Below, in pieces: positions 23,275-36,029 of a DNA stretch of 64,000 bases (within the stretch, counting starts at the first letter, position 1; each line of letters opens with the position of its first letter). A program made the position numbers and the translations under genes. Below the pieces are notes generated by a model. The model saw only the letters and a list, made by a program, of their open reading frames with translations, had not been told where the DNA came from and made no database searches. Origin of the DNA: Octopus bimaculoides (Eukaryota); assembly GCF_001194135.2 (NCBI RefSeq), contig NC_068995.1, positions 28,638,454-28,702,453 on the forward strand, written 5' to 3'.

Positions 23275-24530
23275 CAAGATGTCCAAGTGCTGTTAGATCA
23301 TGTGAACTCAATAAATCCATCCATACAGTTCACCATGGAAAAGGAACAGAACAATCAGCTGGCATTCCTGGACGTATTAATAACACGCACCGAGTATGGA
23401 TTCAGGACATCCGTATATCGCAAGCCAACCTTCACTGGACGATACCTTAACTTCAAATCCCACCATCCATACAGTGTAAAGAGAGGAACTGCTCAGTGCC
23501 TAAAACACCNNNNNNNNNNNNNNNNNNNNNNNNNNNNNNNNNNNNNNNNNNNNNNNNNNNNNNNNNNNNNNNNNNNNNNNNNNNNNNNNNNNNNNNNNNN
23601 NNNNNNNNNNNNNNNNNNNNNNNNNNNNNNNNNNNNNNNNNNNNNNNNNNNNNNNNNNNNNNNNNNNNNNNNNNNNNNNNNNNNNNNNNNNNNNNNNNNN
23701 NNNNNNNNNNNNNNNNNNNNNNNNNNNNNNNNNNNNNNNNNNNNNNNNNNNNNNNNNNNNNNNNNNNNNNNNNNNNNNNNNNNNNNNNNNNNNNNNNNNN
23801 NNNNNNNNNNNNNNNNNNNNNNNNNNNNNNNNNNNNNNNNNNNNNNNNNNNNNNNNNNNNNNNNNNNNNNNNNNNNNNNNNNNNNNNNNNNNNNNNNNNN
23901 NNNNNNNNNNNNNNNNNNNNNNNNNNNNNNNNNNNNNNNNNNNNNNNNNNNNNNNNNNNNNNNNNNNNNNNNNNNNNNNNNNNNNNNNNNNNNNNNNNNN
24001 NNNNNNNNNNNNNNNNNNNNNNNNNNNNNNNNNNNNNNNNNNNNNNNNNNNNNNNNNNNNNNNNNNNNNNNNNNNNNNNNNNNNNNNNNNNNNNNNNNNN
24101 NNNNNNNNNNNNNNNNNNNNNNNNNNNNNNNNNNNNNNNNNNNNNNNNNNNNNAACACTGGAAAATACGAAAACTAAAAGAAGCAGCACATATGCTAGGT
24201 TCACAACAACCTCCTAAGCAGACCGAGTGCAGATATGAATAGCATATGGGAACCGGTATTGAGGAAGGATAGAAAAATAATAGATTTATAAGCCTTAAAA
24301 TTCACCCCATAATTGCCCACGGCAGCGACCTGATTAACAATAGTAATAATAATAATAAATAATAATAGTAACATTGTTAGGAATGAGAACCCAGGTTCGA
24401 AATTTCCCCAAGACACCTGACGAAGGCTGGAGGGTATATCAGCCGAAACGTTGTGTTAACAACAAACAAGATGAGGAGAAATATCCGTCAAATGTAAATA
24501 ATGTATACATACATACATACATACATACAT
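23275..24530 (+). mobile_element. Penelope-like element, 5'-truncated, spanning gap
   Basis: NSINPSIQFTMEKEQNNQLAFLDVLI...SVYRKPTFTG.YLNFKSHHP (PLE RT C-terminal part); after gap WKIRKLKEA (endonuclease end), 3' UTR with hammerhead motif, (TACA)n tail. Confidence 0.88.
24412..24457 (+). ncRNA. Minimal type I hammerhead ribozyme motif
   Basis: Stem I GACAC/GUGUU; CUGACGA; extra A; stem II GGCUG/CAGCC; GAAA; palindromic stem III AACGUU; cleavage triplet GUU. Confidence 0.75.
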
Positions 24531-24531
24531 A

Positions 24532-25144
24532 TTAGGTTGTTTCACGTGAAATGTCGTATTTGAAAAGTAACAATAAAGTGTTAGAGAATTGATTTATTTA
24601 ATCCATGTTCATTTATGACGTTTACCCAACGTTTCTTTATGTCATATATTCCATCTTTAAAAAAAAATCCAACTTTTGCTGTGATTAACTGTCCGAATGC
24701 TTTAGTTACCTCTTCTCAATTTTAGAATGTTTTATTGCTTATGAAAAGCTCAACATGCTTAAATAAGTGATGATCAGTAGGAGAAATATCAGGGGTATAG
24801 GGAGGATGTTGCAAAATCTCATAATTCAGGTTTTGCAACTTTTGGACATTAGCTTGAGGAGTGTGAGGTCGTGCATTGTCATAGAGCAAAACTGGGCCAT
24901 CTCTATTCACTAGTCTGGGTTGCTTCTTTTTCAAATTCTCATGCATACAATCAATTTCCTGGCAAAACGATGTTGCTGTTACCGTTTTTCCTTGTTGCAA
25001 AAATAGATAATGAATCCCTTTGCAGACCACCATACAGTGACCACTAACTTTTTAGGGTGCAATGGTGGGTTTGGGTAGTGTTTAGGTGACTCTCCTGCAT
25101 CTAATCACTGTCCTGTTCTCCTGCTGTTGCCAAAGAGTATCCAT
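24532..25144 (-). mobile_element. mariner (DD34D) 3' part, truncated by gap
   Basis: LYDNARPH...HPPYTPDISPTDHHLF with 34 residues between the Ds; TA|TTAGGTTG TIR end at 24532. Confidence 0.9.
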
Positions 25145-25930
25145 NNNNNNNNNNNNNNNNNNNNNNNNNNNNNNNNNNNNNNNNNNNNNNNNNNNNNNNN
25201 NNNNNNNNNNNNNNNNNNNNNNNNNNNNNNNNNNNNNNNNNNNNNNNNNNNNNNNNNNNNNNNNNNNNNNNNNNNNNNNNNNNNNNNNNNNNNNNNNNNN
25301 NNNNNNNNNNNNNNNNNNNNNNNNNNNNNNNNNNNNNNNNNNNNNNNNNNNNNNNNNNNNNNNNNNNNNNNNNNNNNNNNNNNNNNNNNNNNNNNNNNNN
25401 NNNNNNNNNNNNNNNNNNNNNNNNNNNNNNNNNNNNNNNNNNNNNNNNNNNNNNNNNNNNNNNNNNNNNNNNNNNNNNNNNNNNNNNNNNNNNNNNNNNN
25501 NNNNNNNNNNNNNNNNNNNNNNNNNNNNNNNNNNNNNNNNNNNNNNNNNNNNNNNNNNNNNNNNNNNNNNNNNNNNNNNNNNNNNNNNNNNNNNNNNNNN
25601 NNNNNNNNNNNNNNNNNNNNNNNNNNNNNNNNNNNNNNNNNNNNNNNNNNNNNNNNNNNNNNNNNNNNNNNNNNNNNNNNNNNNNNNNNNNNNNNNNNNN
25701 NNNNNNNNNNNNNNNNNNNNNNNNNNNNNNNNNNNNNNNNNNNNNNNNNNNNNNNNNNNNNNNNNNNNNNNNNNNNNNNNNNNNNNNNNNNNNNNNNNNN
25801 NNNNNNNNNNNNNNNNNNNNNNNNNNNNNNNNNNNNNNNNNNNNNNNNNNNNNNNNNNNNNNNNNNNNNNNNNNNNNNNNNNNNNNNNNNNNNNNNNNNN
25901 NNNNNNNNNNNNNNNNNNNNNNNNNNNNNN

Positions 25931-26131
25931 TATATATATATATATATGTACATACTTAAATATGTACACACACACACACACTTAGTTTCCGTCTACCAAA
26001 TCCACTCACAAGGTTTCGGCCGGCCCAAGGCTATAATAGAAGAAACTTGCCCAAGGTGCCGCGCAATGGGACTGGACTCAGAACCATGTGGTTGGGAAGC
26101 AAACTTCTTACCACACAGCTACTCCTGCGCC
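25931..26131 (-). mobile_element. SINE family B, 5' half
   Basis: Ends CTTACCACACAGCTACTCCTGCGCC as at 10146. Confidence 0.85.
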
Positions 26132-27358
26132 TAAATATATTACATTTGACAACACTATGTGCTCTGAGTTCAAACCCCACTGAAATCAGCTTTGTCTTTC
26201 TTAATTTCGGGACCCTCTTTCTCTCCCCCTCTCTCTCTTTCTCTCCTTCTTTCCCTCCCTCTTTGTCTCTCTCTTTCCCTCGGGAAGAAATCATCTGCGT
26301 TTAGATATGAAAAGGGATGGTCATCGCCAGGTTTTAAAGGTCCAACTGACCCACTATCATGACAATGCTTCTATCATTCTCTCAGAAGTTGAACGATCGC
26401 TTTTATGTAAGCAAGTAACACTCAAGATGGTTTTATCAGAGAAATCATAACTAGATCATATATTTGTATATATTTCCATATATCTTTTCTCTCCCTTTCT
26501 CTGTCTCTCTCTACATATATACGTATGTTTGTCTTGTTAGTTAGTTAGTTTGTTTGTGTTTGTGTGTGTGTGTGTGTGCGTGTGTGTGTGTGTACAACAA
26601 TAAGACTCAAAAATTCTAGCGCATTTCAACCCATCTAAGTAAAGTTTAACGTACTGGAAGTATTGAACGAATAATTACAAATGATTATATATTATTAGGG
26701 TTTATAAAGTGAATAAATGATATAAAGAAAATATGATTTACAGCAATAATACCAATAATTATCAAGCATATATATCAAATCATACACATCATACTAGTTA
26801 AATACGGCACTGTAACTCTTATGAACTTACTGTTTTACTAATATTCATTACACTTGATCGATTACCTTCCTTGAAATCACATTCAGTATACTATTGAACA
26901 TCAGTTCCAAATGAATTTCTATAATTAATTAGGTTATTCAGTGCAGTTTAAGGCTATAAATATTAAAATGAAAATGAGAAAACTTCGCTGAATGGAAAAT
27001 GAATTAGTAAGCATACAAAAGCATACAAAATTGCGAAACTACAAGCGTTGCTCACTGTCGAAGATATCTGTTTTCTCTAATGCTTTTAGATTTCCACCTA
27101 GTTGCGAGCAAATAGAAATATTAACTCGGCCCGTCCACCCTTGACCCAGCGGGACATCCAAGAAGTAAGGGCTGCACTAGTATTTGACGTGCATTTTATT
27201 TATTCGACCCTGAATGGATGAAATGCAAATTTGTCCTCGGTGAGATTTGAAATCAGAGAGCAAATGCCCGGAATAAATAATGCAATCTGCCTGAACCCTG
27301 CCATCTTTAAAGACAAGAAAAAAAAAGAAGAGAGAGAGAGAGAAAGAAGGAGAGAGAA

Positions 27359-27389
<31 letters not shown>

Positions 27390-27430
27390 GAGAGAGAGAG
27401 AGAGAGAAAGAGGGAGAGAGAAAGAAAGAA

Positions 27431-27465
<35 letters not shown>

Positions 27466-27733
27466 GAGAGTATAATTGGAGAATACAGTCAATAATGTAT
27501 AAAGTGACGGATTGGGCATGTCTATCTATTTTTTATCCTAGGTCTGGTCGATCAGAGCTGACATGGTATAAACAATAACATTTTCTCGCACTCATAAATT
27601 AACAAATAAGGAAATATATTGCAGTACACTGAACACCGCACACAATACCACACTCACATTTACAGAACCAGTATGGTACGACGCGTGGGAAATGGAAAGC
27701 ACACTCCTTTTCTTTCTCTTTCTCCCCCCTCTC

Positions 27734-27789
<56 letters not shown>

Positions 27790-28740
27790 ATTCACATACA
27801 GTCACACATACACACACACAGGTCCTAAATAGATTTTCTCGTTCATTCATTTAATATATTGACAAATATACAAGGTGGCCAATCAGAGTTGATCTAGAAC
27901 TAAACTACAAGGCACATATGTGTTTGCTCCCATGCGCATACGTGCAAATACGTGCAATCAAATACGCGCACGCAAATACGCTCACGCACACACACGCACG
28001 CACGTACACACACACATATACACGCACACATACACACACATACTCGTACATAAAACATGTACGTGTGTAATGTGTGTATATATATATATATATATNNNNN
28101 NNNNNNNNNNNNNNNNNNNNNNNNNNNNNNNNNNNNNNNNNNNNNNNNNNNNNNNNNNNNNNNNNNNNNNNNNNNNNNNNNNNNNNNNNNNNNNNNNNNN
28201 NNNNNNNNNNNNNNNNNNNNNNNNNNNNNNNNNNNNNNNNNNNNNNNNNNNNNNNNNNNNNNNNNNNNNNNNNNNNNNNNNNNNNNNNNNNNNNNNNNNN
28301 NNNNNNNNNNNNNNNNNNNNNNNNNNNNNNNNNNNNNNNNNNNNNNNNNNNNNNNNNNNNNNNNNNNNNNNNNNNNNNNNNNNNNNNNNNNNNNNNNNNN
28401 NNNNNNNNNNNNNNNNNNNNNNNNNNNNNNNNNCATACACGTGTATGTGTATGTGTGTGCATATCTATGTATAGACTGTTTGAAGTGGTGTACAAGTTTT
28501 ATATATTAAGAAAAAGAAAGTCGTCAGGATTTAGATAAAAACTATTTATTTAGCGTTTTCATCCCGTTCAAGATTTCATCATGAACATACTATTTATATA
28601 TGCGTAAGTTAGCTAAAAAAAATTTGGAAGTGAATTTGTTTTCTTATGTTTGGAGAGAGGACATTTTGGGAGTGGTTATTTGAGATATTTTTTGCTATTT
28701 TGAAAGCATATGTGTATGTCTATATATGTGCGTATCTATA

Positions 28741-29062
28741 CGAGGTGGTATCAAAAGGTTCCCGGACTAGTTCTGTAGCGCGCCAACAGATAGCAGCACA
28801 TGGTTTAGTGCGCAGTGAGATCTAGCAGTGACCTTCATGAGGTAGTGTGCCGAGTGACATCGCTGTGTTTAATTGCAAGGTGTGAAATCTATGTTTTTAT
28901 GATCACGTGTATGCTGCAGTCTGTGATTTTGTTATGGACAGGAAGTTGGAAGAAAATGCCAACGTGAAATTTTGCATTAAGCTTGAGAAATCTGTTACGG
29001 AGACATTGACTATGCGTTGGTAAGCCTACGGTGACGAGGCAGTGGGTTGTACGCAATGTTTC
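28741..29062 (+). mobile_element. mariner 5' fragment (TIR + start of HTH)
   Basis: TA|CGAGGTGGTATCAAAAGGTTCCCGGACT start; MDRKLEENANVKFCIKLEKSVTETL. Confidence 0.75.
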
Positions 29063-29065
29063 AGA

Positions 29066-29230
29066 AACGTCAGCGCGCCGGGCGAAATGCTTAGCGGTAT
29101 TTCGTCTGTCTTTACGTTCTGAGTTCAAATTCCACCGAAGTCGACTTTGCCTTTCATCCTTTCGGGGTCGATAAATTAAGTATCAGTTGCGTACTGGGGT
29201 AGATCTATTCGACTGGCCCCCTCCTCCAAA
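29066..29230 (+). mobile_element. SINE family A
   Basis: GAGTTCAAATTCCACCGAAGTCGACTTTGCCTTTCATCCTTTCGGGGTCGATAAATTAAGTA. Confidence 0.88.
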
Positions 29231-29231
29231 A

Positions 29232-29796
29232 GCATTAAGTTCATTCTGTGGTTCTTTTTTAGCAGGGAAATGTTTTGAAGGATGGTGCTGAAGGCTTCAT
29301 TGTCAAGAGGGTTGAGTGTGGAGAGTAAGATAGGGATTTTGGTTGTAAATCCTTCTTTAATTTGGGATGTCTGAGTTCGTGGATGTTGAGTTGTAGCACG
29401 TTGAAAGCATATGTCAATTAGTGAAGGTGGGTAGTTCCTGGTGATGAGTGTATCCTTTAGTTCGTGTAGTCGTGTGTCCCTGGTGCTTGTATTAAAAACT
29501 ATAGTGCATATCCTTTTTGCTAGGTTGAAGGGGATATTCATTCTGGTGTGTCTGGGGTGGCATGAGTTGAACGGTGGATATTGCTTGGAGTCCGTGAGCT
29601 TATAGTATATATCTGTTTCTATTACGTTGTTAGATTTCTTAATAAGGATATCGAGGAAGGGAAGTTGTTGATGGCTATATTCCATCGTGAGTTGAATGTT
29701 TACGTCAAGTCCATTTATAAATGCTTGGAATTCTTTAAGTCTCTCTATACTTTCATGCCAAAGACTGAAACAGTCATCCAGGTATCTCTTCCAGGA
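29232..29796 (-). mobile_element. Penelope-like element RT segment (inverted 5' part)
   Basis: WKRYLDDCF, LPFLDILI, DIYYKLTDSKQY, SCHPRH, NIPFNLAKRICTI. Confidence 0.9.
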
Positions 29797-30600
29797 ATTA
29801 CCCACCTTCACTAATTGACATATGCTTTTAACGTGCCCTACAACTCAACATCCACGAACTCAGACATCTCAAATTAAAGAAGGATTTACAATCAAAAGCC
29901 CGACCATACATCTCCACACACAACCCTCTTAACAATGAAGCCTTCGACACCATCCTTCTAAACATTCCCCTGCTAAAAACGGACCACAGAATGAGCTTAA
30001 TCCTCCAAACACACACCATCATAAAAAGCAAGAGACAGCTCGAATCTATGAAAAGTTTCCTAGCACAAGTCTGAATACGCTCAACAACAACACTGAAGCC
30101 GTCAGTAAAAGAATGCGGAAGACCAAACTGTGGGATATGTGTCAATTTAATTGAGGGATCAGAGTTCTCCTTCAAACAGGGACAACGTTTCACAGAGAAA
30201 AGCAACAGCTTCACATGTGTTTCGGAGAATCTGATATACGCACGAACCTACTCTGGGTGTCAAGAGCAATACATAGGCAAAAAAAAAACAAAAAAAAAAC
30301 CTAAATCAAGGAATGGCTCTGCAGAGATTCTCAGATCAAAATTCCCCAAAACAGGAAAATAGCATTCAGCCAACACATCGACATTTGCGCCAGAATAAAA
30401 AATCCAAGTTTCAGAATTTTTCCCCTCTACCAATTCAGGGACGATACAACCTGTAGCCAACGAATTACTAGAGACTCTCTTTATTACAAAATACAGACTC
30501 CTTTTGAACGCATCTACAACAAACGACATATCGACCACGGCCTTAGAATAACACACACGCAAATATTAAAAATGATACATTCAAGAGATGCCCAAGAATT
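29791..30600 (+). mobile_element. Penelope-like element 3' part with Cys-rich linker and GIY-YIG endonuclease
   Basis: RNYPPSLIDIC, CGRPNCGIC, NLIY...CQEQYIG; first ~205 bp is the inverted duplicate of 29232-29437. Confidence 0.85.
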
Positions 30601-30930
30601 CATTTAAAAACAGTCCCAATCACTACTATAATCCACAACGAACCACTTTTAGGTCACTTGACCATTTAACATCCAACTACTAACATACCACCCACATTTC
30701 TTATTATTCTATCTTCACCTTTCCCTTTCTTCTTCTTCGTCTTCTTCCTCTCAACCACCTCTTTCCTTACTTTACTACTATTGCTGTTTAGAATAACACC
30801 TATGCAAATATTATAAACGATACTTTCAAAAGAGATGTCTCAAGAATTCAATCACTACTACCATCTACAACAAGACACTTTCAGGGCACTTGACCATTTA
30901 ACACCCTACTACTATCATAGCACTCCGCAT

Positions 30931-30981
30931 TCTTCTTCTTCTTCTTCTTCTTCTTCTTCTTCTTCTTCTTCTTCTTCTTCT
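30931..30981. repeat. (TTC)n microsatellite
   Basis: Directly visible, runs into gap. Confidence 0.97.
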
Positions 30982-32066
30982 TCTTCTTCTTCTTCTTCTT
31001 CNNNNNNNNNNNNNNNNNNNNNNNNNNNNNNNNNNNNNNNNNNNNNNNNNNNNNNNNNNNNNNNNNNNNNNNNNNNNNNNNNNNNNNNNNNNNNNNNNNN
31101 NNNNNNNNNNNNNNNNNNNNNNNNNNNNNNNNNNNNNNNNNNNNNNNNNNNNNNNNNNNNNNNNNNNNNNNNNNNNNNNNNNNNNNNNNNNNNNNNNNNN
31201 NNNNNNNNNNNNNNNNNNNNNNNNNNNNNNNNNNNNNNNNNNNNNNNNNNNNNNNNNNNNNNNNNNNNNNNNNNNNNNNNNNNNNNNNNNNNNNNNNNNN
31301 NNNNNNNNNNNNNNNNNNNNNNNNNNNNNNNNNNNNNNNNNNNNNNNNNNNNNNNNNNNNNNNNNNNNNNNNNNNNNNNNNNNNNNNNNNNNNNNNNNNN
31401 NNNNNNNNNNNNNNNNNNNNNNNNNNNNNNNNNNNNNNNNNNNNNNNNNNNNNNNNNNNNNNNNNNNNNNNNNNNNNNNNNNNNNNNNNNNNNNNNNNNN
31501 NNNNNNNNNNNNNNNNNNNNNNNNNNNNNNNNNNNNNNNNNNNNNNNNNNNNNNNNNNNNNNNNNNNNNNNNNNNAGGCCAACAATTCTTAGTAGGACAA
31601 TGATTAGAAGACAATGGTTAGAATTTTATTTAGTCTTCTTTTAACTCAGATATGGGAATGCACTTAGGGTTGTACACCATACTTTCTAGAAAGATCTTCG
31701 CACTCTCAACTACTAAGATTTAGTGCGCAAGTTAAAAGTCTAATTAAATTTTACCTGGTGCAAGTTGCAGCTGAAGACCTCGGCAGTATGACAATGCGCG
31801 CAAGCATCCTTAAAAAAAAGAAGAACTATTTTGACGGCGTATATTTTAAAATTTTTATGTCATCTATTAATGATAAATTATTCAAAAGCTGTATGCCCAA
31901 GCAGTTTTAGCGCTTTATTCAGTACTAAACACTTTGTTTTGAATAAGCACTGCCATTCAACATAGCCAATGTCTGTTAATTTCAGCTACGGCTCTTTGCT
32001 TTATTGACTATTGACCGACAACAATTTCTTACTGCTAATGTGGAAAAAACTATTACCTCTAGCAGC

Positions 32067-32106
32067 CCAGTCCAGTCCAGTCCAGTCCAGTCCAGTTCAG
32101 TCCAGT
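32067..32106. repeat. (CCAGT)n pentanucleotide repeat
   Basis: About 8 units visible. Confidence 0.95.
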
Positions 32107-32135
32107 TCAATCAAACGAGAATGTGCAAGAAACTC

Positions 32136-32195
<60 letters not shown>

Positions 32196-32570
32196 CGGTA
32201 TACTTAACCGATGAGACATGATAATGTAGGTGATTATTATTATTGCTTTCAAGCCACCACAGCTGTCTTACTTCACCTGCCGCCTTGAAAAGTAATTAAA
32301 ACTGAACTGCTCGTTCACCACTATCCATTACATCTACAGGCGTCGCATAGGCCAACGAAACAGCTTGAACATTTTCGCTATATTATCAACAAGTTACCAA
32401 GATGGGACATCGTACAACTTATTAACGCTAATCGATAATACATACATACATACGTACATATATATATTTATAGAGGTTACAGTTTATGTGTATATATTTA
32501 TACACACATATATTCATACGTATAAACATACACAAAAATACCTATATTTATATATATATATTGAGAGATA

Positions 32571-32645
<75 letters not shown>

Positions 32646-33073
32646 TTGTATATGTATGTATATATATGTATGCATATATTTCAGTCAGATATATTATTCG
32701 TAAGCATTACATTTTTAAAGTTGAAGGTCGACAATCCAACTTCAGCTGGCAAAGAGAACCATAGTCACAGGAAAATGTAGTACAACCTCGGACGCTCACT
32801 AAATCTATCGCAATTACTCGTGGCGACATGTGAAAATGATTACTTAACAATTCATCTTATTGTTTCCCATTTTTTTGCTGCTGCAACAGACAGTGAGTGT
32901 CTTAATAGATTGGGAATAAACAAATGTTCCCACAAAACGGAAAAAGAATAACAAAGCAAAACCGATAAGGAAAAAGGTGTATGTATCACAGCATTTGAAT
33001 TCCCTAATCCAAGAGTGTATTCTAGTCTCATTTGGTAAAAACTTGTGTTTCGGTAGCTGTGGCGAATGCAGTT

Positions 33074-33140
33074 ATGGAGATTCTGCACAAATCGCAATGG
33101 CCTATAGAGCGCCTTTTACCAAAAGAGGAAATCTTAGAAG
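33074..33140 (+). CDS. Candidate small coding exon (MEILHKSQWPIERLLPKEEILE), possibly first coding exon of the TRIM gene
   Basis: GTTATGG start context, non-repeat open frame, strong phase-1 donor GAAG|GTAATG matching the phase-1 acceptor at 47955/6. Inference only. Confidence 0.3.
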
Positions 33141-35179
33141 GTAATGTTTGCTTTATAAGATTTATGATTACTTGTAGATCTAACCGTACCAACTATATCA
33201 CACATATACACAGACACAAACACAGATATTCACTCATGTACATACATAACACACAGAGTATTTATATAAAGGCACATATATTGAATATTGAAAAAACAAG
33301 ACAAAAGAGAAACCGTATAACTCCTCTTCTTGGTATGTGTTATTGTAAATACGCCTATAGATACAATGCTTGTGTATGCGTATATATATATGTACGCCTA
33401 TGTATGTGTGTGTACATGTATGTACATGTATCTATGTATATATACATATATATATATACACATATATACATACACACGCACACATTCAGACACATATATT
33501 TCATACAAACATGCATACATACACACACATGCGGGCGCACACGCACGTACACACACACATTCGTACGTACGTACGTACGTACGTACGTATGTATGTATGT
33601 ATGTATGTATGNNNNNNNNNNATGTATGTATGTATGTATGTATGTACTTATGTATGTATGTTTTTTATCTGCAAGTGTGTGCATGTTAGCGGGTTGGAAA
33701 ATAACACGAATTTTTACACTTCGAGCATGAAAAAACATCGAGTATTTCATTTTTATGTATACCTGAAAACACCCCCCCCCACACACACACAAACGTGCAT
33801 TCACAACATAGATACATTCCATTCACACACATATATATATATATACGCATACATATACATAGAAACACACAAGTGGTATATATACACACTCTGTAACGAT
33901 ATGTCTGTTCTCTGCCTCTCTCCCTCTCTCTCTCTCTCTCGTTCACTCTATCTGCTACCCAATTCTTGCTCCTGTCTAAACGCACAGGCACACAATAATT
34001 GCCTTTCAACAGAAAAATTGATTCTCACACATCGATATGCAACCTCAACTGAGATCTATCCCCTATCTCTGCATCTCTGTCTTTCTCTCTCTCTCTCTCT
34101 CCATCATGAATACACATACATTCACAGACACACATACACACACTCCTATAGATACGTACGCACGCACGTACGCAAGCACGTACGCACGCACATACACACG
34201 CACGCACATACAGCGCACGCACACAGCACACCAAATATAAACTGCAATATGTATAAACAAGCTCACACAGACGTGCGCGCGCGCGCAAGAGCGCACCCGG
34301 TCGCCTGAAGGACTGTCCCAGAGCTTTATTTTCTGTGTAGCACATTTGAAGTGAAGGCCAGATTTTAATTCGTTAGATTTATACAGGCATAATCAAATGT
34401 TTAAGAAGATAGCATTGCAAGCGCACAGTTCTAAGTTCGATCACACTACGCGTCAATTTAGGGAATATTCTTCTTATCACAGCATCCGGTTGGCCAATAT
34501 GTTGATAGAGAAAAACTGTTTGAGATTGATATGTCTAAAGACTAGTTGTCGCCGCTCGACTTTGTTACTATGTAACTTTCTGAAAAATGCACTTTTAAAA
34601 AAAATAAGATAACTTTTGGTTAGTCATAAGCGCAGTCAGCACATTGTTCTAGGTTCAGTTCCATTGCGTGGCAGCTTGGACAAGTGTCTTCTACTGTAGT
34701 TTCAGCAAAAGAGGTCGATAAATTAAGTACCGAGTTTAAAATAAACTAGTGAGGTCGATTTGTTCGACTAAAATTCTTCAAGGCGATGCGCCGCGAAAGT
34801 AAAGTAAGAAAGTATACCCGTAGTATATTTGACGAAATCTCGGATCAATTTCTTTTCACTAGAAATTCTAAATCCAATGAAGTCAGGCTCGTTATATTCA
34901 CCGTCATGAAATATTAGATTTAGCCACAATTCATGCTATTCGCTTTGCAATGTGCTTTTTTCGACCTTATTCTGTTATGAAATCCCTAATATTTAGTGCA
35001 GTCAGGAAACAGTGCACGAAAGGCTACAAGGCTGAATCACAGAGGTGTAGTTAAGAGGGTGGAATTGACCAAAAACAGTCTTTTATTGAAAGTTCTGCCT
35101 GGGTTGTCCCAAACTCTTATCCCAAATCAAAAATATTCTTATCTTTGAATCGAGGCAAATACTTTCAAAAAATTTTTAA

Positions 35180-35720
35180 ATAAGTTTTTAGTGATTCCTT
35201 TTTCATTCGGTTAGCACTCTTACCAATTGCTATCAGTTTGGTTTTGTGTATCTTTCCAGCTAAGAATTGCTGTCCTGTCTTTGGAATCCTTACTCACATA
35301 CTGACACGCCTCAAAATCTTAGGCTAGGGTTTTTCTTGCTATACAAGACCTATACAAGGCAAATTCATCAATGTTAAATTATATCTAATATACACATCTA
35401 CTGGAGATAAGAGTTTTTGTGAAAATTTATCCTTAAGCTGCCGTTGTTACCGTGTCAGCACTGCGCTTTCCATCCCAGTAATAGAATTCCATGTTTTCTT
35501 TAAACGTGCTTCATCGTCCTTGACAATATTTCAAAGTCATGGCTTTAGTTCTCTATGAAAAATTTTGGTCTGCTCGAAAAGCATTTCCCCATTATCTAAA
35601 CCATATTTGAAAAGCACTAATTTAATACTGTAGGCATCTTTCAAAGTTTGCCGATTCCTTAAACTTTTGTGGGTTTCGTTTCCAAAAGAAAACTTTGAGA
35701 TCAGCTTAAAAAAAAATCAT
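35180..35720 (-). mobile_element. pogo/Tigger (Jerky-like) transposase remnant
   Basis: Manual translation: GEMLFEQTKIFHREL (CENP-B HTH-like), NIDEFALY...RKTLA...SKDRTAIL, KLIAIGKSAN (DDE_1-like). Confidence 0.6.
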
Positions 35721-36029
35721 ACACAGCATGCGACCGGCCCATATACAAACAATTTAGAAAAGTTCTTTCTGTAGTCTTTTTATCCACCTTAATAATCAAA
35801 TGTAATATTTTATGGCTACTCTTATTAGCATTAGCAACACCTGTTCCGTTTATTCTCTTAAATAACATCCTTTGGGTCGAATGTACTATAAGAGCACTAT
35901 ATCATCAAAACATGGCTACGAAGTGAATAAAGCTCGGCTCCTTAGTACTGCTGATAGTGCTGCACTGGTGGCAGATAAATTAATGACGGTAGATTCAAAA
36001 CACGGTGGGACATAGAAGTTATAGAGCCA

